Assembly: GCA_051251855.1 (NCBI GenBank)
Contig: JBPOGI010000006.1
Location: forward strand, 256,001 to 320,000
Source of the DNA: Roseibacillus sp.
GTDB taxonomy: Bacteria > Verrucomicrobiota > Verrucomicrobiia > Verrucomicrobiales > Akkermansiaceae
DNA length: 64,000 nt
Direction of reading: 5' to 3'
Shown: positions 36,898 to 46,305 of the stretch, in pieces
Layout of the letters: the number at the start of each line of letters is the position of its first letter
Position numbering within the stretch: the first letter of the stretch is position 1
The notes under the pieces: generated by a model
Database searches by the model: none
Told to the model about the DNA's origin: nothing
Seen by the model: the letters and a program-made list of their open reading frames with translations, nothing else
Program-made: the position numbers and the translations under genes

Positions 36898-36946
36898 GAG
36901 CTTGCAGGGCGGATGCGATCTTAAGCTGCGGTCTAAGGGGGGGAGT

Positions 36947-37150
36947 TTGGAGTGCGTGCAGCTTGCTGCCGCTTTGGGGTCGATGGGTTAGTTCTTTGAC
37001 TCTCTCGTGAAGAGGCAAGCTTGCGAGCTCGACCGCGGTGTCGCACGCAGGGAAGGAGCGGTGGTGAGCTGTGACGGGTTGGAGCAGCAAGCGGCTCCTA
37101 TTCTACGTGCGAGAGAGGATTAAGGTGGGTGAGGAAAGCCTCCGCACTTC
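36947..37150. repeat. REP/REPIN-like element (GGAGTGCG type)
   Basis: TTGGAGTGCGTGCAGCTTGCTGCCGCTTT (36947-36975), degenerate inverted partner ending CCGCACTTC (37122-37150), inner hairpin GGAGCAGCAAGCGGCTCC (37081-37098). Confidence 0.6.
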
Positions 37151-37170
37151 TGGAACGATTCTGGGTCCTT

Positions 37171-38001
37171 TTAGGTGATCTCCTGCAAGCTGTTGATGAC
37201 TTCGTTTTTGAACTCGTCGATAAGTTCGGTGATGAGGGCGACTGGAGAGAGGTTGGGGTCTTCTAACAGAGGCATGAGGTCGAGGGCGAAGGTGACTTGG
37301 GTGACGGTGTCGCTGGCGTGCGGATTGGAGAAGGTGGCGTGTGCGGTGCGCCGTCCGATGAGAGCGTGGTGGTAGTTCTTTCCGCCGGCGATTTGGGATT
37401 GGAAGACTTGGTTGAGCTGGGCGGCGAGTTCGGGATGGGGGGAGACGTCGAGGGTGACTTTGCGAGCATCAGGGACCCAGTCGAGGTCGCGCCAGACTTC
37501 GCAGCCGAGGAGGGTTGTGGGCTGTTGGTCTTTGGGAAGAGCGCGGAGGGCGGCGATGGTAGCGGAAAAGACGGCGAGGTGAGTGGAGTGTTTGTCGGCG
37601 GGGTTGTGAGTGTAGACGGTCTGGGGAGTGGTCTGTGTGAGGAGGGTGATGAGTTGGTCTCGGAGTTGGCTTTGGCCGGTGGGGCTTTTGAGGTGAGAGG
37701 AGGAGTGGGCGAGTTGGAATTGGGCGGCGTACTGACCGAGATCGGCGGCTTGAATTTGTTCGCGGTGGCGGAGTTCTTTGATGTCGGCATCGGTGTGGTC
37801 GGCGAAGGGGCCGGTGCGCGGGGAGCCGCCTCCGTCGGTGCAGGTGATACCGGTGAACCAGTTACTCGGTTCTTGGTAGCAGGTGACGATGCCGTGATAG
37901 GCCATGAACTCGAGGTCGTCCTGATGAGCGCCAATGCCGAGGTGGGTGGTGCGCGTGAAGGCTTCGGGGAGGTCTTTGTGGTCAGGGATGTGCGGCGTCA
38001 T
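37171..38001 (-). CDS. PIG-L/LmbE family de-N-acetylase
   Basis: GIGAHQDDLE, TDGGGSP, RHREQ, HNPADKHSTH, FQSQI. Confidence 0.9.
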   Translation of the reverse strand: MTPHIPDHKDLPEAFTRTTHLGIGAHQDDLEFMAYHGIVTCYQEPSNWFTGITCTDGGGSPRTGPFADHTDADIKELRHREQIQAADLGQYAAQFQLAHSSSHLKSPTGQSQLRDQLITLLTQTTPQTVYTHNPADKHSTHLAVFSATIAALRALPKDQQPTTLLGCEVWRDLDWVPDARKVTLDVSPHPELAAQLNQVFQSQIAGGKNYHHALIGRRTAHATFSNPHASDTVTQVTFALDLMPLLEDPNLSPVALITELIDEFKNEVINSLQEIT

Positions 38002-38058
38002 GAGGGGATGGGTTGGCAAACTTTCTTGTGAGGTGGTCGAAATTGATTAGAAACGGAC

Positions 38059-39393
38059 ATGGAGAAATCTCAAACCACTTCTGGTGCAGTCACGAAACTC
38101 TCGGTGATGATGTTCCTGCAGTTCTTTGTGTGGGGCTCGTGGTTTGTAACGCTCTTTCTTGTTCTAGGGAAAGAGGGGCTCGCTGGAATCATTGGTCGTT
38201 CTTATTCTACCGCGCCAATTGCCGCGATGATTGCGCCGTTATTCTTGGGTCTGGTGGCGGATCGATTCTTTTCGTCAGAGAAGGTGATGGCGGCTTTGAT
38301 GTTGGTGGGAGGAGCTTTGATTTTGATGGTTCCGGGCGCGATTGCGAAGGGGAACGGAGAGTTGGTGGTGTGGTTGATTACGGGTCACATGCTTTGTTAC
38401 ATGCCTTCCATTGGTCTCGGGAATTCGATCGCCTTTACTCACTTGCCGATGGATGTCTTTCCTCGGGTGAGGGTTTGGGGAACGGTGGGTTGGATTGTAG
38501 CAGGGCTGGTGGCGGGCTTTTTGGGATGGTCCGATAGTGTTCATCTTTTCCATATGGCGGGTGCTGCCGCGATTGCGCTGGGTATCTTTAGCTTCTTCCT
38601 TCCTCACACGCCTCCTCCGGCGGCGGACCAGCCTTTGAATTTGCGAGCGTTGTTGATGGTGGATGCCTTTTCGCTTCTTAAGAAACCTTCGTTCGCGGTC
38701 TTTGTGCTTTGTTCGGGGTTGATTTGTGTGCCGCTTGCTTACTACTACTCGAATGCTTCGGGTTACCTGGGCAACATGGGCTTTGAGCAGGCGGCTTCGG
38801 CGATGTCGGTGGGGCAGATGTCCGAGATTATTTTCATGCTAATGCTGCCCTTTTTCTTTCGGAAGCTGGGTGTGAAATGGATGGTGATGATTGGGATGGT
38901 CGCTTGGATCAGTCGCTACTTTCTGTTTGCGTTGGGAGCACCCGAGCAGGTGGTGTGGATGCTGTTTATGGGAATTGCGCTTCATGGCATCTGTTACGAT
39001 TTCTTCTTTGTCACGGGCTTCATGTATACCGACCGGGTGGCTCCGCCTGCGATTCGAGGTCAGGCTCAGAGTTTGTTGATTTTCTTTACGCAAGGGGTGG
39101 GGCTTTATGTGGGCTTTCAAATTGCGTCTAGGAAGTTGGCTCCGGTAGCGGAGAAGTCGAAGGAGTTGCAGGGTGCTATTTCTGAGGCTCGGGGTGAGAG
39201 CAGTGTGAGCTTTGCGGAGCAAATGGGTCAGATGTTTGCGGTGAGTATGCCCAAGGAGGTTGATGTCAGTTTGTTGGCGCAAACGAGCGAGCTTTGGAAG
39301 AGTTACTGGATTTTTCCGGCGGTGATGTCGGTGGTGGTGGGGGTGATTTTCTTTTTGGCCTTCTGGGACAAAGCCGAGGATGCCGACAAATAA
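38059..39393 (+). CDS. MFS transporter, NupG/XapB nucleoside:H+ symporter family
   Basis: MMFLQFFVWGSW, ADRFF, FPRVRVWGTVGWI, GQMSEI, HGICYDFFFVTG. Confidence 0.92.
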   Translation: MEKSQTTSGAVTKLSVMMFLQFFVWGSWFVTLFLVLGKEGLAGIIGRSYSTAPIAAMIAPLFLGLVADRFFSSEKVMAALMLVGGALILMVPGAIAKGNGELVVWLITGHMLCYMPSIGLGNSIAFTHLPMDVFPRVRVWGTVGWIVAGLVAGFLGWSDSVHLFHMAGAAAIALGIFSFFLPHTPPPAADQPLNLRALLMVDAFSLLKKPSFAVFVLCSGLICVPLAYYYSNASGYLGNMGFEQAASAMSVGQMSEIIFMLMLPFFFRKLGVKWMVMIGMVAWISRYFLFALGAPEQVVWMLFMGIALHGICYDFFFVTGFMYTDRVAPPAIRGQAQSLLIFFTQGVGLYVGFQIASRKLAPVAEKSKELQGAISEARGESSVSFAEQMGQMFAVSMPKEVDVSLLAQTSELWKSYWIFPAVMSVVVGVIFFLAFWDKAEDADK

Positions 39394-39405
39394 GAGTTTA
39401 CTAAG

Positions 39406-40485
39406 ATGAGTGTTCAAAGAGTGCGGGTGTTGTGTGTCGGTGCGGGTCATATGGGGGCTTCGCATGCGCGGGCTTATGCGGGACTGGAGGGGTTTGAGAT
39501 TTGTGGAGTGGTGACGAGGAGTGAGGGATCGCGGGCGGCCTTGTTAGAGGAGTTGGGGGGAGATGTTGCAGGCTTTAATGATTTTCATGAAGCGCTCGCT
39601 GCAACGAAGCCGGATGCTGTTTCGATTTCGACCTATCCCGATACTCATGCCGAGTATGCGATTGCGGCGATGGAGGCGGGGGCGGATGTCTTTGTGGAGA
39701 AGCCTTTGGCTGAGACGGTGGCGGAGGCTGAGAAGATTGTAGCGAAGGCGCAGGAGTTGGGACGTAAGGTGGTGATTGGCTATATTCTGCGGGTGCATCC
39801 GAGTTGGGTGAAATTTATTGAGATGTCGCATTCACTTGGGAAGCCATTGGTGATGCGCATGAATCTGAACCAGCAGTCGAGTGGCGAGAATTGGGAGACG
39901 CATAAGAAGCTGATGTCATCGATTCCGCCGGTGGTGGATTGTGGGGTGCATTACGTGGATGTGATGTGTCAGATGACGCGATCGAAGCCGATTCGGGTGA
40001 GTGGAATTGGGGCGCGATTGAGTGATGAGTTGCCCGCGGGGATGGTGAACTATGGCCAGTTACAAGTGACCTTTGAGGATGGCTCAGTGGGGTGGTATGA
40101 GGCAGGTTGGGGGCCGATGATGAGCGAGATGGCGTTCTTTGTGAAAGATGTCGTGGGCCCGAAGGGGTGCGTCACTATCGAGGCGAAGGATGCGGGAGCG
40201 AGCGGGGCTTCGGCGGATGTGGACGCGCATACCAAGACGGAGTCGTTGCGATTGCATCACAGTGAACTGGGACCGGGTGGCAAGTTCGTGAAGGCGGACG
40301 AGTGGATCGATACCGAGGACGAACCGGACCACGATGAGCTTTGCAAACGGGAGCAGGAGTATTTTTTGCAGTCGATTCGGGAAGACTTGGATTTAAGCGA
40401 CCACATGAATGATGCGCTCAACTCGATGCGTATTGTGGCCGCTGCGCATGAGAGTTTCCTGACGGGCCGTATGATTGAGCTGTAG
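39406..40485 (+). CDS. Gfo/Idh/MocA family NAD(P)-dependent oxidoreductase
   Basis: VGAGHMG, HAEYAIAAMEAG, VEKPLA, DCGVHYVD. Confidence 0.93.
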   Translation: MSVQRVRVLCVGAGHMGASHARAYAGLEGFEICGVVTRSEGSRAALLEELGGDVAGFNDFHEALAATKPDAVSISTYPDTHAEYAIAAMEAGADVFVEKPLAETVAEAEKIVAKAQELGRKVVIGYILRVHPSWVKFIEMSHSLGKPLVMRMNLNQQSSGENWETHKKLMSSIPPVVDCGVHYVDVMCQMTRSKPIRVSGIGARLSDELPAGMVNYGQLQVTFEDGSVGWYEAGWGPMMSEMAFFVKDVVGPKGCVTIEAKDAGASGASADVDAHTKTESLRLHHSELGPGGKFVKADEWIDTEDEPDHDELCKREQEYFLQSIREDLDLSDHMNDALNSMRIVAAAHESFLTGRMIEL

Positions 40486-40497
40486 AATTTTGAGAGA

Positions 40498-41817
40498 ATG
40501 AAGAGATTGACGATACTTTTGGTAATGGGCCTGGCCGGGATGGCTTCAGGGAATTGGGTGAAGCTGAGCGGAGGGGCAGACTTATCGGGCTGGATGGGGG
40601 GCGAGGGTCAGACTGAGGTTGAGGGTTATGTTTTGAAGGATGGGGTGATCTCTTCTCAGCCGGGGTGTGTGAATTTGAAATCGGCCAAAGAGTATGAGGA
40701 TTACATTTTGGAGTTTGAGTTCAAGCTGACGCCAGGGGCGAACAATGGGTTAGGGATTCATTACACGGGGGAAGGAGACCCAGCTTATACGGGCATGGAG
40801 TTGCAGATTTTAGACAACTCGTCTGAGAAGTATCAGGGGAAATTGAAGGACTATCAGTGGCACGGGTCGCTCTATACTTTAGCGGCGGCGAGGAGGGGGT
40901 TCTTGAAGCCGGTGGGGGAGTGGAATATGCAGCGGGTGACGGTGCGAGGAGCGCGGGTGTCGGTGGAGCTGAATGGGGTCACGATTCTGAATGAGAATTT
41001 GGATGCGTTGAATGAGAAGTATCCTAAGCACGAAGGGGCGAAGAGGCGGAAGGGTTTGATTACTTTTTGCGGCCACGGTGATGTGGTGAGTTGGCGCAAA
41101 GTTCGGATTGTAGAGATTCCGTTTGGGGCAAAGAAGGAGGAGGCGATGTATCAGCCTTCGGGAAAGAAAGATGACTTTGAGGCTTTAGGATTTCGTGATT
41201 TGTTAGCGGGTGGGAACCTCTCGCAGTGGAAGATGGAGCCAGGTCACGAGGGACATTGGACCGTGGTGGATGGGTGGAAGGTTGCTTACGATGGTAAGAG
41301 CAAGGCGAAAGATAAAAGTCTCTGGGGGAAGAAGGATTTGAAGGATTTTGAGTTGATTTGTGATTGGCGCTTCACGAGTGAGGGGAAGCCCAAGAAGCAG
41401 CCCATTGTGCTCCCAAATGGGATGGATATGCGGGGAGCGAAGGATGAGGTGATGACGATGGAAGTCGAGGACCTCGATAGTGGAATTTATTTGCGAGGAA
41501 GTAACCGTACCCAAGTGAACATGTGGAATTGGTCAGTGGGGTCAGGGGAAGTTTATGGGGTGAGAAATTCTTCTGTCGGTATTCCTTACAAAGCGGCGGT
41601 TACTCCGCGTTTGAAAGCGGATCATCCGGTGAGGGAGTGGAATCGTTTCTTTATCCGGATGGTGGGAGAGAAGCTGACGGTCTATTTGAATGGAGAAGCC
41701 GTTTTGTTCGAGGCGGTGCTGCCTCCGGTTAAGAAAACAGGCCCGATCGCGCTTCAGCATCACGGGAATCCGGTAGAGTTTGGGAACTTGTGGGTGCGGG
41801 AGTTGGAGGGTGAGTAG
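40498..41817 (+). CDS. Secreted tandem DUF1080 (3-keto-disaccharide hydrolase family) protein
   Basis: Two domains: ANNGLG...ELQILD...HGSLY...GEWN...GHG, and DSGIYLRG...EWN...LQHHG...FGNLWVREL. Confidence 0.92.
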   Translation: MKRLTILLVMGLAGMASGNWVKLSGGADLSGWMGGEGQTEVEGYVLKDGVISSQPGCVNLKSAKEYEDYILEFEFKLTPGANNGLGIHYTGEGDPAYTGMELQILDNSSEKYQGKLKDYQWHGSLYTLAAARRGFLKPVGEWNMQRVTVRGARVSVELNGVTILNENLDALNEKYPKHEGAKRRKGLITFCGHGDVVSWRKVRIVEIPFGAKKEEAMYQPSGKKDDFEALGFRDLLAGGNLSQWKMEPGHEGHWTVVDGWKVAYDGKSKAKDKSLWGKKDLKDFELICDWRFTSEGKPKKQPIVLPNGMDMRGAKDEVMTMEVEDLDSGIYLRGSNRTQVNMWNWSVGSGEVYGVRNSSVGIPYKAAVTPRLKADHPVREWNRFFIRMVGEKLTVYLNGEAVLFEAVLPPVKKTGPIALQHHGNPVEFGNLWVRELEGE

Positions 41818-41820
41818 CCA

Positions 41821-42165
41821 ATGGAGGTGAGATTGGATGTAACCGTCGCAGAGGAGTTCTCTCGTAGACTGCGGCGGCGAGCTGTTTTGGAGAAGTGTTT
41901 ATATGCTTCGACTTGGCTGAGCCTTTTCGTGATGTGGCTTTGTATCGGAAAGTCGAATTATCCGTTGTGGCCTTCGATCACGATATTGGTCGTAATATTA
42001 GCTGCGATGACTTGGGGGAAGTTTGATTGGCGCTGCCCGTCTTGTCGTGGATTTCTCCCGAAGAAGGGTGAGTTGTTAGAAGAGTGTCCCCATTGCCACG
42101 CGTCGTTCGTGAATAACAAAAATCTAGATTCTGAAGTGGCGCGGTCCTCCGAGCCGCGAGGGTGA
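41821..42165 (+). CDS. Small 2-TM protein with C-terminal zinc ribbon
   Basis: Two hydrophobic helices, then WRCPSC...CPHC. Starts 3 nt after the DUF1080 stop. Confidence 0.7.
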   Translation: MEVRLDVTVAEEFSRRLRRRAVLEKCLYASTWLSLFVMWLCIGKSNYPLWPSITILVVILAAMTWGKFDWRCPSCRGFLPKKGELLEECPHCHASFVNNKNLDSEVARSSEPRG

Positions 42166-42247
42166 AGGCAGTCGTCTCGGCTGGCTGCGGTGGCTTAATC
42201 CAGGCGGGATTCCTGGCCTCACCTACACGCGCCTGAGGCCCCATGCT

Positions 42248-43627
42248 TTACTGGGGGACAGGGTAGGCGAAGCGGTAGAACTTTTTTTGTTCACTGGTGG
42301 GGGAGGTCACTTCGATACTGAGGTTACCGTTGATGTCGGCGGTAATGGGGGTGTCGGACCAGTTCTCGCCATCGGTGGATTGTTGGAAGAGGTAGTCGAA
42401 GCCGGGAACCCCTTGTGCGGAGAGAGTGGAGGTGTGTTGACTGGCGTTGGAGGACATTGCCATGGCCATCGATTCGTCGGGTATGACGATAAGGGTCAGT
42501 TGGTCGTTTTCGTCAAAGGGGGGCGACCATTTGGGATCGGTGTAAAGGTCGTTACCACTGAGTGTTTCTAGGAAATTAACGAGGTCTGTTTGCTCCTGAG
42601 TAGAGAGGTTGAGGTTCTGGGGGGTGCCTCCACCTGGTCCTCCACCTCGAATCAGACGAGGGTCCAGGCCGGGCACAATCGCTGGAATCGCGTTATAGTG
42701 TGCGACCACGGCGGCAAGAGTCGCCTTGCTACCATCGTGCATGAAAGGTCCGTTAGGTGTTCCGTTTAGGTTGGTGAGGTCACGAAGGCTTGGAGAGCGA
42801 GTGTTGGTGAAGTCGGTGCCTCCTTCTAGAGAGGTGACCACTCCGTTGTTGCCTGAGTTGGGGTCGATGTCGAAGGTGGGTGGTTGGTGGCAAGCAGCAC
42901 AACCAGCTCCGCCTCCGCCTGGTCCACCTGGAGGGGCGAGGAAGAGGGCTTTGCCGCTGTTCTCGCTGGCGGTGAAGTTGGGGAAAGGGGCGCCGTCGTT
43001 GAGAACGGTGGCGCGACCGTCATCGTATTTGCTGTCGAAGGATTGGATGCTGCGAACGAATTGAGCAAGTGGCTTTTGAACGCGATCTTCGGTGATGTTG
43101 GGGTTACCGTAGACGCCGTTGAAGAGGACGCGGTATTCGTCGATGGCGGAAAGTTTGTCCACTAAGTCGGAGAAGTCGGGGTCATCCAAAGTGCCACTGA
43201 AGCCCATCTCGATATGGTCTTGGATGGGCTGGCTTGTCTGGACCTCAAGGGTCGCCGCTCTTTCATCCCAGAAGAAGCTGTTGCTCTGAGCGAAACGCGA
43301 GTTGACCAGCCTCATGGAGTGTCTGCCGGTGGTTCCTGCGACGCCGGTGCTGGCGATGGCGAGGTCGCTGAATCCGTTTCCTTGCTGGTGGCAGGAGGCG
43401 CAAGAGATGGTGTTGTTTTTGGAGAGGCGTTTGTCGTAGAAGAGGATTCGTCCCAAAGTTGCCCCTAAATCAGTGATGGCGTTGTTGTTGGGAGTGTTGT
43501 CTCGGTTGATGTAGTTGGGGAGGGGTTGATTGGCGTAGTTGGCCAAGTCAGTGAGATCAATGGTGCCTGATTGTGCCGGAGCATAAAGAGGAAGGCAGGT
43601 GGTGAGGGCGAGGAGGCTTTTTATCAT
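42248..43627 (-). CDS. Di-haem cytochrome c peroxidase (MauG/CcpA family) with C-terminal domain
   Basis: LGRILFYDKRLS, CASCH, FFWDERA, CAACH, PSLRDL, PFMHDG. Confidence 0.92.
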   Translation of the reverse strand: MIKSLLALTTCLPLYAPAQSGTIDLTDLANYANQPLPNYINRDNTPNNNAITDLGATLGRILFYDKRLSKNNTISCASCHQQGNGFSDLAIASTGVAGTTGRHSMRLVNSRFAQSNSFFWDERAATLEVQTSQPIQDHIEMGFSGTLDDPDFSDLVDKLSAIDEYRVLFNGVYGNPNITEDRVQKPLAQFVRSIQSFDSKYDDGRATVLNDGAPFPNFTASENSGKALFLAPPGGPGGGGAGCAACHQPPTFDIDPNSGNNGVVTSLEGGTDFTNTRSPSLRDLTNLNGTPNGPFMHDGSKATLAAVVAHYNAIPAIVPGLDPRLIRGGGPGGGTPQNLNLSTQEQTDLVNFLETLSGNDLYTDPKWSPPFDENDQLTLIVIPDESMAMAMSSNASQHTSTLSAQGVPGFDYLFQQSTDGENWSDTPITADINGNLSIEVTSPTSEQKKFYRFAYPVPQ

Positions 43628-43721
43628 GAGTTGTGGTGGGGTGGCCAATGATTGAAAGTAGATTGCGTAAAGGACTGATTTTGAACCAGTCTCTTTTTAT
43701 TAAGAGTTGATTAAGGAGCTC

Positions 43722-44474
43722 TTAGTAGAGGACCTTGACGAGGGTAAGTCCGCTGGCGGGGGCGCAGTGAGCCGGTTTGCGTGGCTCCCCTTGTTCGCCT
43801 TGAAGGAGGTCTTCAACTTCGTCGAGGCGAAGGCGGCCTTGGGCAGCTTGCACGGCCGTGCCGGTGAGCATGCGGACCATTTTGTAGAGAAAGCCGTTGC
43901 CGATGAAGGTGAGGAGGTAGCCGTCGTCGGTGGTGGCGAAGTCGCACCGGGTGAGGGTGCGGTTGTATTCTGTCTTTTCGCTTTCGTTGCCGCGTTTGGC
44001 GGAAAGATGGCGGAAGTCGTGTTCGCCGAGGAACAGAGCGAGCGCTTCTTCGAGGGTGACGGGGTCGAGTTGACGGGGAAGGTGCCAGGCGAGGCCGGCG
44101 TCGAGAGGGGGAAGGACGGGGGCGAGGGAGAGGCGGTATTGGTAAGTTTTTTCTTTGGCTGAAAAGCGGGCGTGAAAGTCGGGGGAGGCCTCTTCGCAGT
44201 CCATGACCCGGATGGTTGGGGGCAATTTGCCGTTGAGGGCGGGGAGGTAGTTGAAGGGGTTCATCGACGAGTTGTCGGGAGCGTCGAAGTGGGCGATTTG
44301 GCCTAGGGCATGCACGCCGGCGTCGGTGCGGCCGGCATTGTGAATGCGGATGGGTTCTTTGACGACTTCGGCGAGGGCGGCTTCGAGGTGGTCTTGTACG
44401 GTGCCGCCTTCGGGCTGGGAGGCCCAGCCGAGGAAGGGGCGTCCGTCATAGGCGATGGTGAGCTTGAGGCGCAT
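43722..44474 (-). CDS. truA: tRNA pseudouridine(38-40) synthase
   Basis: AYDG, AGRTDAGVHA, FHARF, GEHDF, GFLYKMVR, APASGLTL. Confidence 0.97.
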   Translation of the reverse strand: MRLKLTIAYDGRPFLGWASQPEGGTVQDHLEAALAEVVKEPIRIHNAGRTDAGVHALGQIAHFDAPDNSSMNPFNYLPALNGKLPPTIRVMDCEEASPDFHARFSAKEKTYQYRLSLAPVLPPLDAGLAWHLPRQLDPVTLEEALALFLGEHDFRHLSAKRGNESEKTEYNRTLTRCDFATTDDGYLLTFIGNGFLYKMVRMLTGTAVQAAQGRLRLDEVEDLLQGEQGEPRKPAHCAPASGLTLVKVLY

Positions 44475-44495
44475 TCGTGCGGTGAAATGGAGAAG

Positions 44496-44544
44496 GGACA
44501 TTCCTGTCCCTGAATTGATATTTAAACCAAGGACAGGAATGTCC
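44496..44544. repeat. 14-bp perfect inverted repeat (REP-like doublet, possibly a terminator)
   Basis: GGACATTCCTGTCC (44496-44509) / GGACAGGAATGTCC (44531-44544) with a 21-nt AT-rich spacer; each arm is itself palindromic. Confidence 0.8.
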
Positions 44545-44556
44545 TTGCTTCGTTTA

Positions 44557-45315
44557 CTACTTGATTTCTAGTAGTTCGACGTCGAAGACGAGGGTGCCGC
44601 CGGGGGCGCCGTTGCCTGGGTTTTCGCCGTATGCGAGGTCGGCGGGGATCCAAAAGCGACGCTTTTCACCTTCGACCATGAGCTGGACACCTTCAGTCCA
44701 GCCTTTGATGACGCCGTTGAGAGGGAAGGCGATGGATTCGCCGCGGGCGACGGAGCTGTCGAAAAGTTCACCTTTGGTGGTCCAGCCAGAGTAGTGGACT
44801 TCGACCATGGAAGTTGCGGAAGGGTTCTTGCTGCCGGTGCCTTTGGCGAGAACTTTGGACTGGAGGCCTGATGCGGTGGTTTCGGCGTCGGTAGGTGCGG
44901 CGGCGACGTCTTCAGGTGTTTTGGGTGGTTCGGGTGCTTTCTGGAATTCGAAGAGTTCGACGTCAAAGACGAGCATACCACCAGGGCGTCCGCCACCGGG
45001 GTTTTCGCCGTAGGCAAGGTCGGCGGGGATCCAGAAGCGGCGTTTTTCGCCGGCGACCATGAGCTGAAGGCCTTCGGTCCAGCCTTTGATGACGCCGTTG
45101 AGAGGGAAGCTGATGGTTTCGCCGCGCGCGACGGAGCTGTCGAAGAGTTTGCCGTCGGTGGTCCAGCCGGAGTAGTGGACGGTGACTTTGTCGGCGCCAC
45201 CAGGCTTATCGGAACCGGTTCCGGCGGTGAGGACTTTGGAGGCGAGACCGGAGGAGGTTTTTTCGGCATCGGCGGGTATGGCGGCTACGTCAGAGGGAAC
45301 TTCAGGTGTGTTCAT
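44557..45315 (-). CDS. FKBP-type peptidyl-prolyl cis-trans isomerase, two tandem domains
   Basis: Twice [21 protein letters not shown]...[13 protein letters not shown]...[12 protein letters not shown]...LVFDVEL. Confidence 0.96.
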   Translation of the reverse strand: MNTPEVPSDVAAIPADAEKTSSGLASKVLTAGTGSDKPGGADKVTVHYSGWTTDGKLFDSSVARGETISFPLNGVIKGWTEGLQLMVAGEKRRFWIPADLAYGENPGGGRPGGMLVFDVELFEFQKAPEPPKTPEDVAAAPTDAETTASGLQSKVLAKGTGSKNPSATSMVEVHYSGWTTKGELFDSSVARGESIAFPLNGVIKGWTEGVQLMVEGEKRRFWIPADLAYGENPGNGAPGGTLVFDVELLEIK

Positions 45316-45504
45316 GTGGCGGGGAACTTTGGGGAAGATGGGAGGGATGGCAACTCGAAAGGGGAGGGGCTTTCGATGAGGGGTGGGTCTGAGAGGCCTT
45401 GAAAAACCGAATGTCCAAAAACTCAAAAACCAAAATGGGCTGTTTGAGAGTTGAGAGGGTGGCTGGGGTTTTGAGCGGGAGGGAGAGCTGTTTTGACGAA
45501 TTCT

Positions 45505-46305
45505 CTATTGAGAGATGGGGAGGGGGAGGTTGTCGCGTTGGATTTGGGAGACGATTTCGGCGATGGAGGGGCCGAGGTTGTCGGGGCTGGCTCCGCGATG
45601 GGTGTCGACGGTGCCGGTGGGGTCGATGCGATTGGTGCGGTAGTTGACGTAACCTTGGCCGAGGTTGGAGCCGGCGGCTTCGTGCATTTCGAAGTGGAGA
45701 TGGGCGAGGTATTTGCCATCGGCATTGCCGACGTGGCCGATGTGTTGGCCACGCACGACGGGTTCGTCGAGGGGAACGGCGATGGATTGGAGGTGGGCAT
45801 ACATCGATTGCACGATGCGGCCGTCGGGGAGGCGGTGGGCCACGAGGAGGACTTTCCCCCAAGTGGGATCAGGTTCGCCAGAATAGATGACGAGGCCGTT
45901 GCCGATGGCGTAGACGGGGTCACCGAGGTCGGAGTTCATCCCGCCGATGCCATTGAGGTCGTCGCCGGTGTGGCGAGCACCGCGCTTGTTGTTCATTTCC
46001 CAAAAGGATTGCGCGTTGTAGGAGAATGCGCCGTGGGCGGTTCCGATGGGATAGTCGAGGCGACTGGCGAGAGGGACGCGGAAGCGGTCGATACCGGAGA
46101 GCATTTCGAGGCGATGGTCGAAGGGCGGGACGAACCAGCCGTTTTCGAATTCGCGGGGCTCGCCGTCGGGAGCATCGGCTTCTTGGGCGGTGCGGAGACT
46201 ACGGACGCCACTGCGTTCGGGTTCCTTTTGCCCCCAGATGGCGTAGGCGAGAAAGGTGACCGCGAGGACTATGACTGCGACGGTGACGCCGTGCTTGAGC
46301 TTCAT
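45505..46305 (-). CDS. M23 family metallopeptidase
   Basis: HTGDD, YAHL, HLHFE; N-terminal TM/signal; start overlaps the OmpA-like gene stop. Confidence 0.93.
   Translation of the reverse strand: MKLKHGVTVAVIVLAVTFLAYAIWGQKEPERSGVRSLRTAQEADAPDGEPREFENGWFVPPFDHRLEMLSGIDRFRVPLASRLDYPIGTAHGAFSYNAQSFWEMNNKRGARHTGDDLNGIGGMNSDLGDPVYAIGNGLVIYSGEPDPTWGKVLLVAHRLPDGRIVQSMYAHLQSIAVPLDEPVVRGQHIGHVGNADGKYLAHLHFEMHEAAGSNLGQGYVNYRTNRIDPTGTVDTHRGASPDNLGPSIAEIVSQIQRDNLPLPISQ

Noticed and set aside
44557..45315. Internal DNA duplication in the FKBP gene as a mobile or repeat element
   Set aside because: Explained by an ordinary two-domain FKBP.
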